In this document: in pieces, positions 46,775 to 64,000 of the stretch
How positions within the stretch are numbered: position 1 is the stretch's first letter
Layout of the letters: each line of letters begins with the position of its first letter
Origin: an uncultured Gemmatimonadales bacterium
GTDB lineage: Bacteria > Gemmatimonadota > Gemmatimonadetes > Gemmatimonadales > GWC2-71-9
NCBI GenBank assembly: GCA_963779755.1
Contig: CAVZZO010000003.1
Coordinates: 640,001 to 704,000 of the forward strand
DNA length: 64,000 bases
Reading direction: 5' to 3'
Notes under the pieces: model-generated
What the model saw: only the letters and a program-made list of their open reading frames with translations
What the model was told of the DNA's origin: nothing
Databases searched by the model: none
Position numbers and translations under genes: made by a program

Positions 46775-47653
46775 CTACTTGCTCCCCTTCTTCTTCGCGG
46801 CCGGCTTCTTCGCCGCCTTCTTGGCCGACTTCTTCTTCGCGGCCGGCTTCTTGGCGGCCTTCTTCTTCTTCGGGGCCGCCCGGGCGGCGGGCCTGGCCGC
46901 GGCCTTCTTGCGCGTCTTCCGGGCCGGCTTCTTCTCCTCGCCCTCCGCCGCCGCCCCGGCCTTGGGGGCCTTGCGGCGCGGCTTCCGGGCTCCGCCCTGG
47001 CGCACGTCCAGCGATTCGCCGGCGTCCGTCACCTCCGGGACCTCGCCGGTGATGGCGCCCTCTTCGGCCACGATGGTTTCGGCCCAGAGAATGTCATAGG
47101 CCGCGGCCTCGGCGAAGGGCATGACCCGCACCGACTGGATGTTCCGGCCGCTCAGGTAGACCGCCTCGTTCACCCCGTGGGTGAGGATCAGCGTCTTCTT
47201 CCCGGCCAGCTCCAGCCGGGCCAGCAGCTCGGCCATCCAGGCGGTACGCGGCTTCTCGAACTGCAGGCGCTCGACCACGATGAGCCGGCCTTCGGCGGCC
47301 CGGGCGTTGAGCGCCGAATGCCGCGCCAGCTGCTTCGCCTTGCGGGGCAGCTCGGTGCGGTAATCGCGCGGGTGCGGGCCGAATACGGTGCCGCCGCCCC
47401 GCCAGTGGGGCGCCCGGATGGAGCCCTGCCGCGCGCGGCCGGTGCCCTTCTGCTTCCAGGGCTTCTGGTTGCCGCCGGAGACGAAGCTCCGGGTCTTGGT
47501 TGCGGCGGTGCCCTGGCGCTGGTTGTTCAGGTACGCGCGCACGGCCTGATGCAGCGACGGCTCGTGCACCCGCCCGTCGAAGGTTTCCGCCGGCAGGGCG
47601 AAGGCCGCGGAGCGGCGCACGCCGTGGGGCGAAAAGTGTGGCGCCTCAAGCAT
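46775..47653 (-). CDS. rplD: 50S ribosomal protein L4 with Lys/Ala-rich C-terminal tail
   Basis: RQGT..TKTR..VSGG..KPWKQKGTGRARQGS. Confidence 0.97.
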   Translation of the reverse strand: MLEAPHFSPHGVRRSAAFALPAETFDGRVHEPSLHQAVRAYLNNQRQGTAATKTRSFVSGGNQKPWKQKGTGRARQGSIRAPHWRGGGTVFGPHPRDYRTELPRKAKQLARHSALNARAAEGRLIVVERLQFEKPRTAWMAELLARLELAGKKTLILTHGVNEAVYLSGRNIQSVRVMPFAEAAAYDILWAETIVAEEGAITGEVPEVTDAGESLDVRQGGARKPRRKAPKAGAAAEGEEKKPARKTRKKAAARPAARAAPKKKKAAKKPAAKKKSAKKAAKKPAAKKKGSK

Positions 47654-48269
47654 ACCGGCTCCGTCCTCCCTGTTTCTGCACGACCACGAGGCCGTTCTTC
47701 GAGCCCGGCACCGCGCCGCGGACGAAGAGCAGGTTGCGCCCCTCGTCGATCTTCACCACCCGCAGGCCCAGCTCGGTGTGGCGCCGGTCGCCCTGGTGGC
47801 CGGGCATCTTCTTGCCCTTGATGACCCGCGAGGGATCGGTGCCGGGGCTGATCGAGCCCGGCTTCCGGTGGCGGGTATTGCCGTGGGTGGCGGGCCCGCC
47901 GCCGAACCCGTGGCGGTGCACTACGCCCTGGAACCCCCGGCCCTTGCTGCGGCCGGTGACCTTCACCAGCTCGCCCGGGGCGAAGATGCCCACGGTGACC
48001 TCCTGGCCCGCTTCGGGGGCCTGGTCGTCCCGCGCGAACTCCCGCAGCACCGCCGGCGCCGCGTCCAGGCCCGCCGCCTTGGCGTGCCCCAGCGCGGCGC
48101 GGGTGGTCCGCTGCGGCCGGCGCGCGCCGAAGCCGAGCTGTACCGCCCGCTCGCCCACCTGCGTGACGCGGCAGGGGCCCGCTTCGATCACCGTCACCGG
48201 GATCGAGCTGCCGTCTTCCGCGAAGACGCGGGTCATGCCGAGCTTCCGACCGATCAGTCCCGTCGCCAT
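47646..48269 (-). CDS. rplC: 50S ribosomal protein L3
   Basis: GRKLGMT, SKGRGFQG, GAVPG. Confidence 0.97.
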   Translation of the reverse strand: MATGLIGRKLGMTRVFAEDGSSIPVTVIEAGPCRVTQVGERAVQLGFGARRPQRTTRAALGHAKAAGLDAAPAVLREFARDDQAPEAGQEVTVGIFAPGELVKVTGRSKGRGFQGVVHRHGFGGGPATHGNTRHRKPGSISPGTDPSRVIKGKKMPGHQGDRRHTELGLRVVKIDEGRNLLFVRGAVPGSKNGLVVVQKQGGRSRYA

Positions 48270-48271
48270 GG

Positions 48272-48580
48272 CTATTCGACCTTGATCTCCACGTCCACTC
48301 CCGCCGGCAGGTCGAGCTTGGTCAGCGCGTCCACCGTCTGGGGGCGGGAATCATTGATATCCAGCAGGCGCTTGTGCGTCCGCAGCTCGAACTGTTCCCG
48401 GCTCTTCTTGTCGATGTGCGGACTCCGCAACACCGTCCACCGCTCCATCTTGGTCGGGAGCGGGATGGGGCCCGACACCTGGGCGCCGGTCTTCTCGGCG
48501 GTGCGGAGAATGTCCGCGGCCGCCTGGTCCAGCACCTGGTGGTCGAAGCCCTTCAAGCGAATGCGAATGCGTCCGGCCAT
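48272..48580 (-). CDS. rpsJ: 30S ribosomal protein S10
   Basis: IRIRLK, GPIPLPT, SREQFE.RTHKR. Confidence 0.98.
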   Translation of the reverse strand: MAGRIRIRLKGFDHQVLDQAAADILRTAEKTGAQVSGPIPLPTKMERWTVLRSPHIDKKSREQFELRTHKRLLDINDSRPQTVDALTKLDLPAGVDVEIKVE

Positions 48581-48590
48581 GTGAATCCTC

Positions 48591-48622
48591 AGACGGCAAG
48601 ACGGCAGGGCGGCAGGGCGGCA
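48591..48622 (+). repeat. tandem 8-nt repeat RGRCGGCA x4 in the tuf-rpsJ spacer
   Basis: AGACGGCA AGACGGCA GGGCGGCA GGGCGGCA. Confidence 0.8.
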
Positions 48623-48652
48623 GGTCCGCCCTCCGGCCCACCGAGTCCGGTG

Positions 48653-49855
<1,203 letters not shown>

Positions 49856-49878
49856 GGTACGCGCTTCCTGTGTTAAGG

Positions 49879-49906
49879 GCTGTCTGCTGTCCGCCGTCGG
49901 CTATCC
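49879..49906 (+). repeat. tandem 7-nt repeat GCTGTCN x4 in the fusA-tuf spacer
   Basis: GCTGTCT GCTGTCC GCCGTCG GCTATCC, next to a 9-bp hairpin at 49911-49932. Confidence 0.6.
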
Positions 49907-49932
49907 AGCCCCGTGCGGCGCGGGCCGCACGG

Positions 49933-52023
49933 TTACTTCCGGTTGATGATCTGTTCCGCGATGCTCTGCGGCACCTGCTCGTAGTGATCGAACTCCATGG
50001 AGTACACCGCCCGGCCCTGGCTCATGGAGCGCAGGGTGGTGGAGTACCCGAACATCTCCGCCAGAGGCACCGTGGCCGCCACCACCTGGGCCTCGCCCCG
50101 CTGCGTCATGCCGCCGATCTTGCCGCGCCGGCCCGAGAGGTCGCCGATGACGTCGCCCAGGTACTCGCCCGGGGCCACGACCTCGACCTCCATCACCGGC
50201 TCCAGCAGGATGGCGCCGGCCTTCCGCGCCGCGTCCTTGATCGCCATGCTGCCGGCGATCTTGAAGGCCATTTCGGAGCTGTCGACGTCGTGATAGCTGC
50301 CGTCCACCAGCTCCACTTTCACGTCCACCATGGGATAGCCGGCCAGCACGCCGCCTTCCAGCGCTTCCTTGATGCCGGCTTCGACCGGCTTGATGAACTC
50401 CCGCGGGATCACGCCGCCCACGATCTTGTCCTCGAACACGAACCCGTGGCCCGGCTCGCAGGGCTCGGCGTTGATCACCACGTGGCCGTACTGGCCCTTG
50501 CCGCCCGACTGCCGGACGAACCTGCCCTGGACGTTTTCGATCCGCTTGGTGATCGTCTCCCGGAAGGCCACCTGGGGCCGGCCCACATTGGCCTCGACCC
50601 GGAACTCCCGCTTCATCCGGTCGACGATGATCTCCAGATGGAGCTCGCCCATGCCGGCGATGATCGTCTGCCCCGTCTCGGCGTCGGTGCGCACCCGGAA
50701 GGTGGGGTCTTCCTCCGCCAGCTTCTGCAGCGCCAGCGACAGCTTTTCCTGGTCGGCCTTGGTCTTCGGCTCCACCGCCACGTCGATGACGGGGTTGGGG
50801 AACTTCATGGCCTCGAGGATGATCGGCTTGGAATCGTCGCACAGGGTGTCGCCGGTGCGCGTGTCCTTGAGGCCGATGGCGGCGGCGATGTCGCCGGCCC
50901 GCACTTCCTCGATCTCCTCCCGCTTGTTGGCGTGCATCTGCAGCAGCCGGGCGACCCGCTCCCGCTTGTCCTTGGTGCTGTTGTACACGTACGACCCCGA
51001 CTTGATGGTGCCGCTGTAGACCCGGAAATACGTCAGCCGGCCCACGTAGGGATCGGTCATGATCTTGAACGCCAGCGCGGCCAGCGGCTCCTCGTCGGAG
51101 GTGCAGCGCTCCACGCGCGTCTCGTCGTGCAGCGGCAGGTGCCCCGTAATGGCCGGCACGTCTTCCGGGCTGGGCAGAAAGTCCACCACCGCGTCCAGCA
51201 GCGCCTGCACGCCCTTGTTCTTGAAGGCGGCGCCGCAGAGCACCGGCACGATCCGCCCCGCCAGGGTGGCCTTCCGCAGGCCGCGGCGCAGCTCGTCTTC
51301 CGACAGCTCCTCGCCGCCCAGGTACTTCTCCAGCAGGGTGTCGTCGCCCTCGGCGATGGCCTCGACCAGCTCGTGCCGCAGCTCGGCCACCTTGTCCCTG
51401 AAGACGTCGGGTATCGGGCCGTCGTAAAACTTGCTGCCCATGGACTCGTCGTCGAACACCCGCTCGAACTGGCCGATCACGTCCAGGTGTCCGGTGAACA
51501 GCTCGGCCGCTCCCAGGGGCCACTGGATGGGCAGCGCGTGCGCGCCCAGGCGGTCCTTGATCATGGCCAGGCAGCGCTCGAAGTCGGCGCCGATCCGGTC
51601 CATCTTGTTGACGAAGATGATCCGCGGCACGCCGTAACGATCGGCCTGGCGCCAGACGGTTTCGGTCTGGGGCTCCACCCCGCTCACCGCGTCCAGCACG
51701 GTCACGGCGCCGTCCAGCACCCGGAGCGACCGCTCCACCTCGGCGGTGAAATCCACGTGGCCCGGGGTGTCGATCAGGTTGATCCGGTACAGCACCTCGC
51801 CCCGCTTCCAGAAGCAGGTGGTGGCGGCGGACGTGATGGTGATGCCCCGCTCCTGCTCCTGTTCCATCCAGTCCATGGTGGCCGCGCCCTCATGGACCTC
51901 GCCCATCTTGTAGTTCTTCCCCGTGTAATAGAGGATGCGCTCGGTCGTAGTCGTCTTCCCGGCATCGATGTGGGCCATGATGCCGATATTCCGATAATGA
52001 GAGAGCGGTGTTTCTCGCGCCAT
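49933..52023 (-). CDS. fusA: elongation factor G
   Basis: [32 protein letters not shown] at 52023. Confidence 0.98.
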   Translation of the reverse strand: MARETPLSHYRNIGIMAHIDAGKTTTTERILYYTGKNYKMGEVHEGAATMDWMEQEQERGITITSAATTCFWKRGEVLYRINLIDTPGHVDFTAEVERSLRVLDGAVTVLDAVSGVEPQTETVWRQADRYGVPRIIFVNKMDRIGADFERCLAMIKDRLGAHALPIQWPLGAAELFTGHLDVIGQFERVFDDESMGSKFYDGPIPDVFRDKVAELRHELVEAIAEGDDTLLEKYLGGEELSEDELRRGLRKATLAGRIVPVLCGAAFKNKGVQALLDAVVDFLPSPEDVPAITGHLPLHDETRVERCTSDEEPLAALAFKIMTDPYVGRLTYFRVYSGTIKSGSYVYNSTKDKRERVARLLQMHANKREEIEEVRAGDIAAAIGLKDTRTGDTLCDDSKPIILEAMKFPNPVIDVAVEPKTKADQEKLSLALQKLAEEDPTFRVRTDAETGQTIIAGMGELHLEIIVDRMKREFRVEANVGRPQVAFRETITKRIENVQGRFVRQSGGKGQYGHVVINAEPCEPGHGFVFEDKIVGGVIPREFIKPVEAGIKEALEGGVLAGYPMVDVKVELVDGSYHDVDSSEMAFKIAGSMAIKDAARKAGAILLEPVMEVEVVAPGEYLGDVIGDLSGRRGKIGGMTQRGEAQVVAATVPLAEMFGYSTTLRSMSQGRAVYSMEFDHYEQVPQSIAEQIINRK

Positions 52024-52206
52024 AAACCCCAGACCAAGTGCCCAACAGAAAAGCGGGGCGACCGAACCCAGCCCGTGCTGGTGGTATCGCTCCGCGCGCA
52101 TCCGGGCCGGAGCCCTGGATGACCCTCCGCTGAGGGCACGCGTTGTCGTCAGAAGACCAGAGGTGGCGCGGGCTTGCGGGCCCGGTCACGTGATCCGATT
52201 GTTCAG

Positions 52207-52250
52207 CCTCACCCCGTTCCCCCTCTCCACGTCGCGGAGAGGGGGTCAGG
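52207..52250. repeat. REP-like hairpin CCTCACCCC..CCCCCTCTCC/GGAGAGGGGG directly after the rpsG stop
   Basis: 10-bp stem at 52219-52245. Confidence 0.65.
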
Positions 52251-52721
52251 TTACCACCGGTAGTGCGCAAACGCCCGGTTGGCCTCGGCCATCCGGTGCG
52301 TGTCTTCCTTCTTCTTGATGGTGCTGCCCTCGCCCTTGGAGGCGAGGATCAACTCCGCCGCCAGCCGCTCGGACATGGACTTCTCGCTGCGCCCGCGGGC
52401 GTAATCGATGAGCCACCGCATGGCCAGCGCGCTGCGCCGCTCGGGGCGCACTTCGACCGGCACCTGGAGCGAGGCACCGCCCACCCGGCGGCTCTTGACC
52501 TCGACCATGGGCTTGGCGTTGTTCACCGCCTGCTTGAACACCGCCACCCCCGGCTGCCCCGTCCGCTCTTCGATCAGGTCCATCGCCGAGTAGAAGATCC
52601 GCTCGGCCAGGCTCTTGTTCCCCTGGTACATCAGGTTGCTGATGAACTTGGAGACCGTCTGGCTGTCGTAGCGCGGATCGGGCGGAATGGGCCGCTTGAC
52701 GGCCCGGTTGCGCCGGCTCAC
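52251..52721 (-). CDS. rpsG: 30S ribosomal protein S7
   Basis: GTG overlapping rpsL stop; [22 protein letters not shown]. Confidence 0.98.
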   Translation of the reverse strand: MSRRNRAVKRPIPPDPRYDSQTVSKFISNLMYQGNKSLAERIFYSAMDLIEERTGQPGVAVFKQAVNNAKPMVEVKSRRVGGASLQVPVEVRPERRSALAMRWLIDYARGRSEKSMSERLAAELILASKGEGSTIKKKEDTHRMAEANRAFAHYRW

Positions 52722-53101
52722 TTGCCACCCGCCTTGGGCCGCTTGGAGCCGTACTTGCTGCGGCTCTGCCGCCGGTCGTTCACCCCGGCCGCGTCCAGCG
52801 TGCCCCGCACGATGTGGTAGCGGACCCCGGGCAGGTCCTTCACCCGGCCCCCGCGGATCAGCACGATCGAATGCTCCTGCAGGTTGTGCCCCTCGCCCGG
52901 GATGTACGCGGTCACCTCGAAGCCGTTGGTGAGCCGGACACGCGCCACCTTGCGGAGGGCCGAGTTCGGCTTCTTGGGCGTGGTGGTGTACACGCGCGTG
53001 CACACGCCCCGCTTCTGCGGGTTCTGCTTGAGCGCCGGCGCCTTGTCCTTGGCCGCGACCGGGCGGCGCCCTCCCCGAACGAGCTGATTAATAGTCGGCA
53101 T
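52718..53101 (-). CDS. rpsL: 30S ribosomal protein S12
   Basis: [29 protein letters not shown]. Confidence 0.98.
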   Translation of the reverse strand: MPTINQLVRGGRRPVAAKDKAPALKQNPQKRGVCTRVYTTTPKKPNSALRKVARVRLTNGFEVTAYIPGEGHNLQEHSIVLIRGGRVKDLPGVRYHIVRGTLDAAGVNDRRQSRSKYGSKRPKAGGK

Positions 53102-53152
53102 AACCTCTGGAACCGGATATCCAAAAAAGCTGCCAAAACTTGGCAGACCCCA

Positions 53153-53181
53153 AACATAGAGGGGGCCTGGGGTTGGGTCAA
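53153..53181 (-). promoter_or_regulatory. sigma70-type promoter of the str operon
   Basis: TTGACC-17 nt-TATGTT upstream of rpsL. Confidence 0.65.
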
Positions 53182-53350
53182 GGCGGCCACGCCGGGGGTT
53201 CCCTACCCCGCAGACCCGGCCAGGCCGGGCTCCCCCGGGGGGGGCGGGACGGGGGGCAGCGGCCGGAAGCCGGGCAGGCTGGCGCCCGGGGCGGGAAGCT
53301 GTTTCCGTAGGAAGGCCGCCGCTCTTATCCCCCATCCCAGGAGAGCAGCA

Positions 53351-53770
53351 ATGTCCAGCGCACCGACACGCGCAGCCATGGAGCGCTACATCCAGTCGCA
53401 GCACCAGGATCTGAGCATGATGGCGGACGACGTCGTCTTCACCACCATGGCCACCGGCGAGGAGCACCGGGGCATCGAGGGGGTCCGGCGCATGTTGCAC
53501 CACATCTACCACGAGGCCTTCGACGCGCACGCCGAGGTCCGGGCGCTGATCTGCGACGACGGACACGCCGCGCTGGAGGCGACCTTCATCGGGCGGCACA
53601 CGGGCGAGTTTGCCGGAATCGCCGCCACCGGCCGGGAGGTCCGGGTCCCGCTCTGCGTCGTGTATGATGTCGACAATGGACAGATCCGCCGCGGCCGGGT
53701 CTATCTCGAAGTGCCGGTCATGCTGCAGCAGCTGGGCGCCGTGCCGGAGGCGGGGGAGGTGTCCCGATAA
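53351..53770 (+). CDS. SnoaL-like / ester cyclase (NTF2-fold) protein
   Basis: [36 protein letters not shown]. Confidence 0.85.
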   Translation: MSSAPTRAAMERYIQSQHQDLSMMADDVVFTTMATGEEHRGIEGVRRMLHHIYHEAFDAHAEVRALICDDGHAALEATFIGRHTGEFAGIAATGREVRVPLCVVYDVDNGQIRRGRVYLEVPVMLQQLGAVPEAGEVSR

Positions 53771-53828
53771 TCTCCGGCGGCGCGATGGGGCCCGGGCAGG
53801 AAGCCGGGCCCATTGCGCCCCCAACCCC

Positions 53829-53859
53829 AACGAAACAGGGGGCCCCAAAGGGCCCCCTG
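53829..53859 (-). terminator. intrinsic terminator after rpoC
   Basis: CAGGGGGCCC-4 nt-GGGCCCCCTG then TTTCGTT on the minus strand. Confidence 0.75.
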
Positions 53860-53862
53860 CCG

Positions 53863-53907
53863 TGCCGTCTTCCTGCCGTCTTGCCGCCTTGCCCTCCTGC
53901 CGTCCTG
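53863..53907 (-). repeat. tandem 8-nt repeat GRCGGCAR just after the rpoC stop
   Basis: CTGCCGTC TTGCCGCC TTGCCCTC CTGCCGTC on plus strand; same family as 48591. Confidence 0.75.
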
Positions 53908-53909
53908 GA

Positions 53910-63111
<9,202 letters not shown>

Positions 63112-63288
63112 TGCGTACTCCAGCCCAGCACAAAGGGCCCCGTGCGCTCCCCTCCGCCGATTGCGGAGGGGCCTCGCGGGGCTCGCGCGTTCCTGATGTT
63201 ATCGGTTGCGTCGTCCGGTCATGTCGTCCACTGAAGAAGCGTCGGCCCGGCCCCGCTGGTCCGGATGACCAGCGGGGATGCGCCCGCG

Positions 63289-63681
63289 CTACTTCAGCTC
63301 GACGGACGCGCCCTGCTCCTCGAGCTTCTTCTTGATTTCCTCGGCCTCCGCCTTGGTGATACCCTCGCGCACGTTGCTCGGCGCGCCATCGACCAGGTCC
63401 TTGGCTTCCTTGAGCCCCAGGCTGGTGACCTCGCGGACCACCTTGATCACCTGGATCTTCTTGGCCCCGGCCTCCTTGAGCACCACGGTGAACTCCGTCT
63501 GCTCCTCGGCCGCGGCCGCCCCCGCCCCCGCGCCGGCCGCCGGTGCGGCGGCCGCGGCCACGGGCGCGGCGATGGTCACATTGAATTTGTCCTTGAAGGC
63601 CTCGATGAGCTCCGAAAGCTCCATCACGGTCTTGTTCCCGATGGCCTCGAGGATCTCCTCGTTGCTGAGCGTGGTAGGCAT
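63289..63681 (-). CDS. rplL: 50S ribosomal protein L7/L12
   Basis: [27 protein letters not shown]. Confidence 0.98.
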   Translation of the reverse strand: MPTTLSNEEILEAIGNKTVMELSELIEAFKDKFNVTIAAPVAAAAAPAAGAGAGAAAAEEQTEFTVVLKEAGAKKIQVIKVVREVTSLGLKEAKDLVDGAPSNVREGITKAEAEEIKKKLEEQGASVELK

Positions 63682-63698
63682 TGCTGTTCTCCGTCGTG

Positions 63699-64000
63699 TT
63701 ATGACCCAGCACCGCGCTGGCTATGGAGCGCCTCGAGGGCGCCGACTACCTGCATGAGCATCGCATTCATGGCCCCGGCAAACTCCGCCAGCGGCGCCTG
63801 CAGCGTTCCTGCCAGCTGGCTCAGCAGCGCCTCGCGCGAGGGCAGCAGCGCCAGCTGTTTTACCTGGTCGGCCGTGACCGACCGGCCCTCCACCAGCCCC
63901 ATCTTGATGGTGGGGCGGTTTTCGAACTCCCGGGCGAACTCCGTCAGCACCTTGGCCGCGACGACCGGGTCGTCGCCCGCCAGCACGAACCCGGTGGGGC
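63699..64000 (-). CDS. rplJ: 50S ribosomal protein L10 (partial, start beyond window)
   Basis: [23 protein letters not shown]; synteny with rplL. Confidence 0.93.
   Translation of the reverse strand, partial: PTGFVLAGDDPVVAAKVLTEFAREFENRPTIKMGLVEGRSVTADQVKQLALLPSREALLSQLAGTLQAPLAEFAGAMNAMLMQVVGALEALHSQRGAGS

Noticed and set aside
53190..53300. G-runs suggesting a G-quadruplex in the rpsL/snoaL divergent region
   Set aside because: Expected by chance at this GC content and competing with GC hairpins; no independent support.

Overview
High-GC bacterial chromosomal window, most likely Gemmatimonadota (inferred from lineage-style insertions in RpoB, RpoC and EF-Tu and from gene content; not verified by search). 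Left ~36 kb: an FHA/PP2C/FHA-trypsin phospho-signalling cluster, a murQ-anmK-nagZ-Na+/solute symporter peptidoglycan-recycling operon, ggt, two tandem VirB10-like glycine-zipper lipoproteins, an ABC exporter, ccdA/Fur/LOR-SDH genes, a TonB-dependent receptor, priA, a dipeptide epimerase, a small operon pairing a ubiquitin-like protein with an HDAC-family deacetylase, glyQS, ypdA, purA, an M28 peptidase, a PilT-like ATPase, trpS and suhB. Right ~28 kb (minus strand): rplJ(partial)-rplL-rpoB-rpoC, the str operon and the full S10-spc cluster, ending at map. rpoC carries a 1-nt frameshift that is probably a sequencing error. No tRNA, rRNA, CRISPR or transposase was recognised. The most striking unexplained structure is a set of about 16 intergenic short tandem-repeat elements (7-, 8-, 9- and 11-nt units), mostly with two inverted arms, plus two REP-like palindromes. 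They sit at gene junctions, including inside the ribosomal and RNA polymerase operons.
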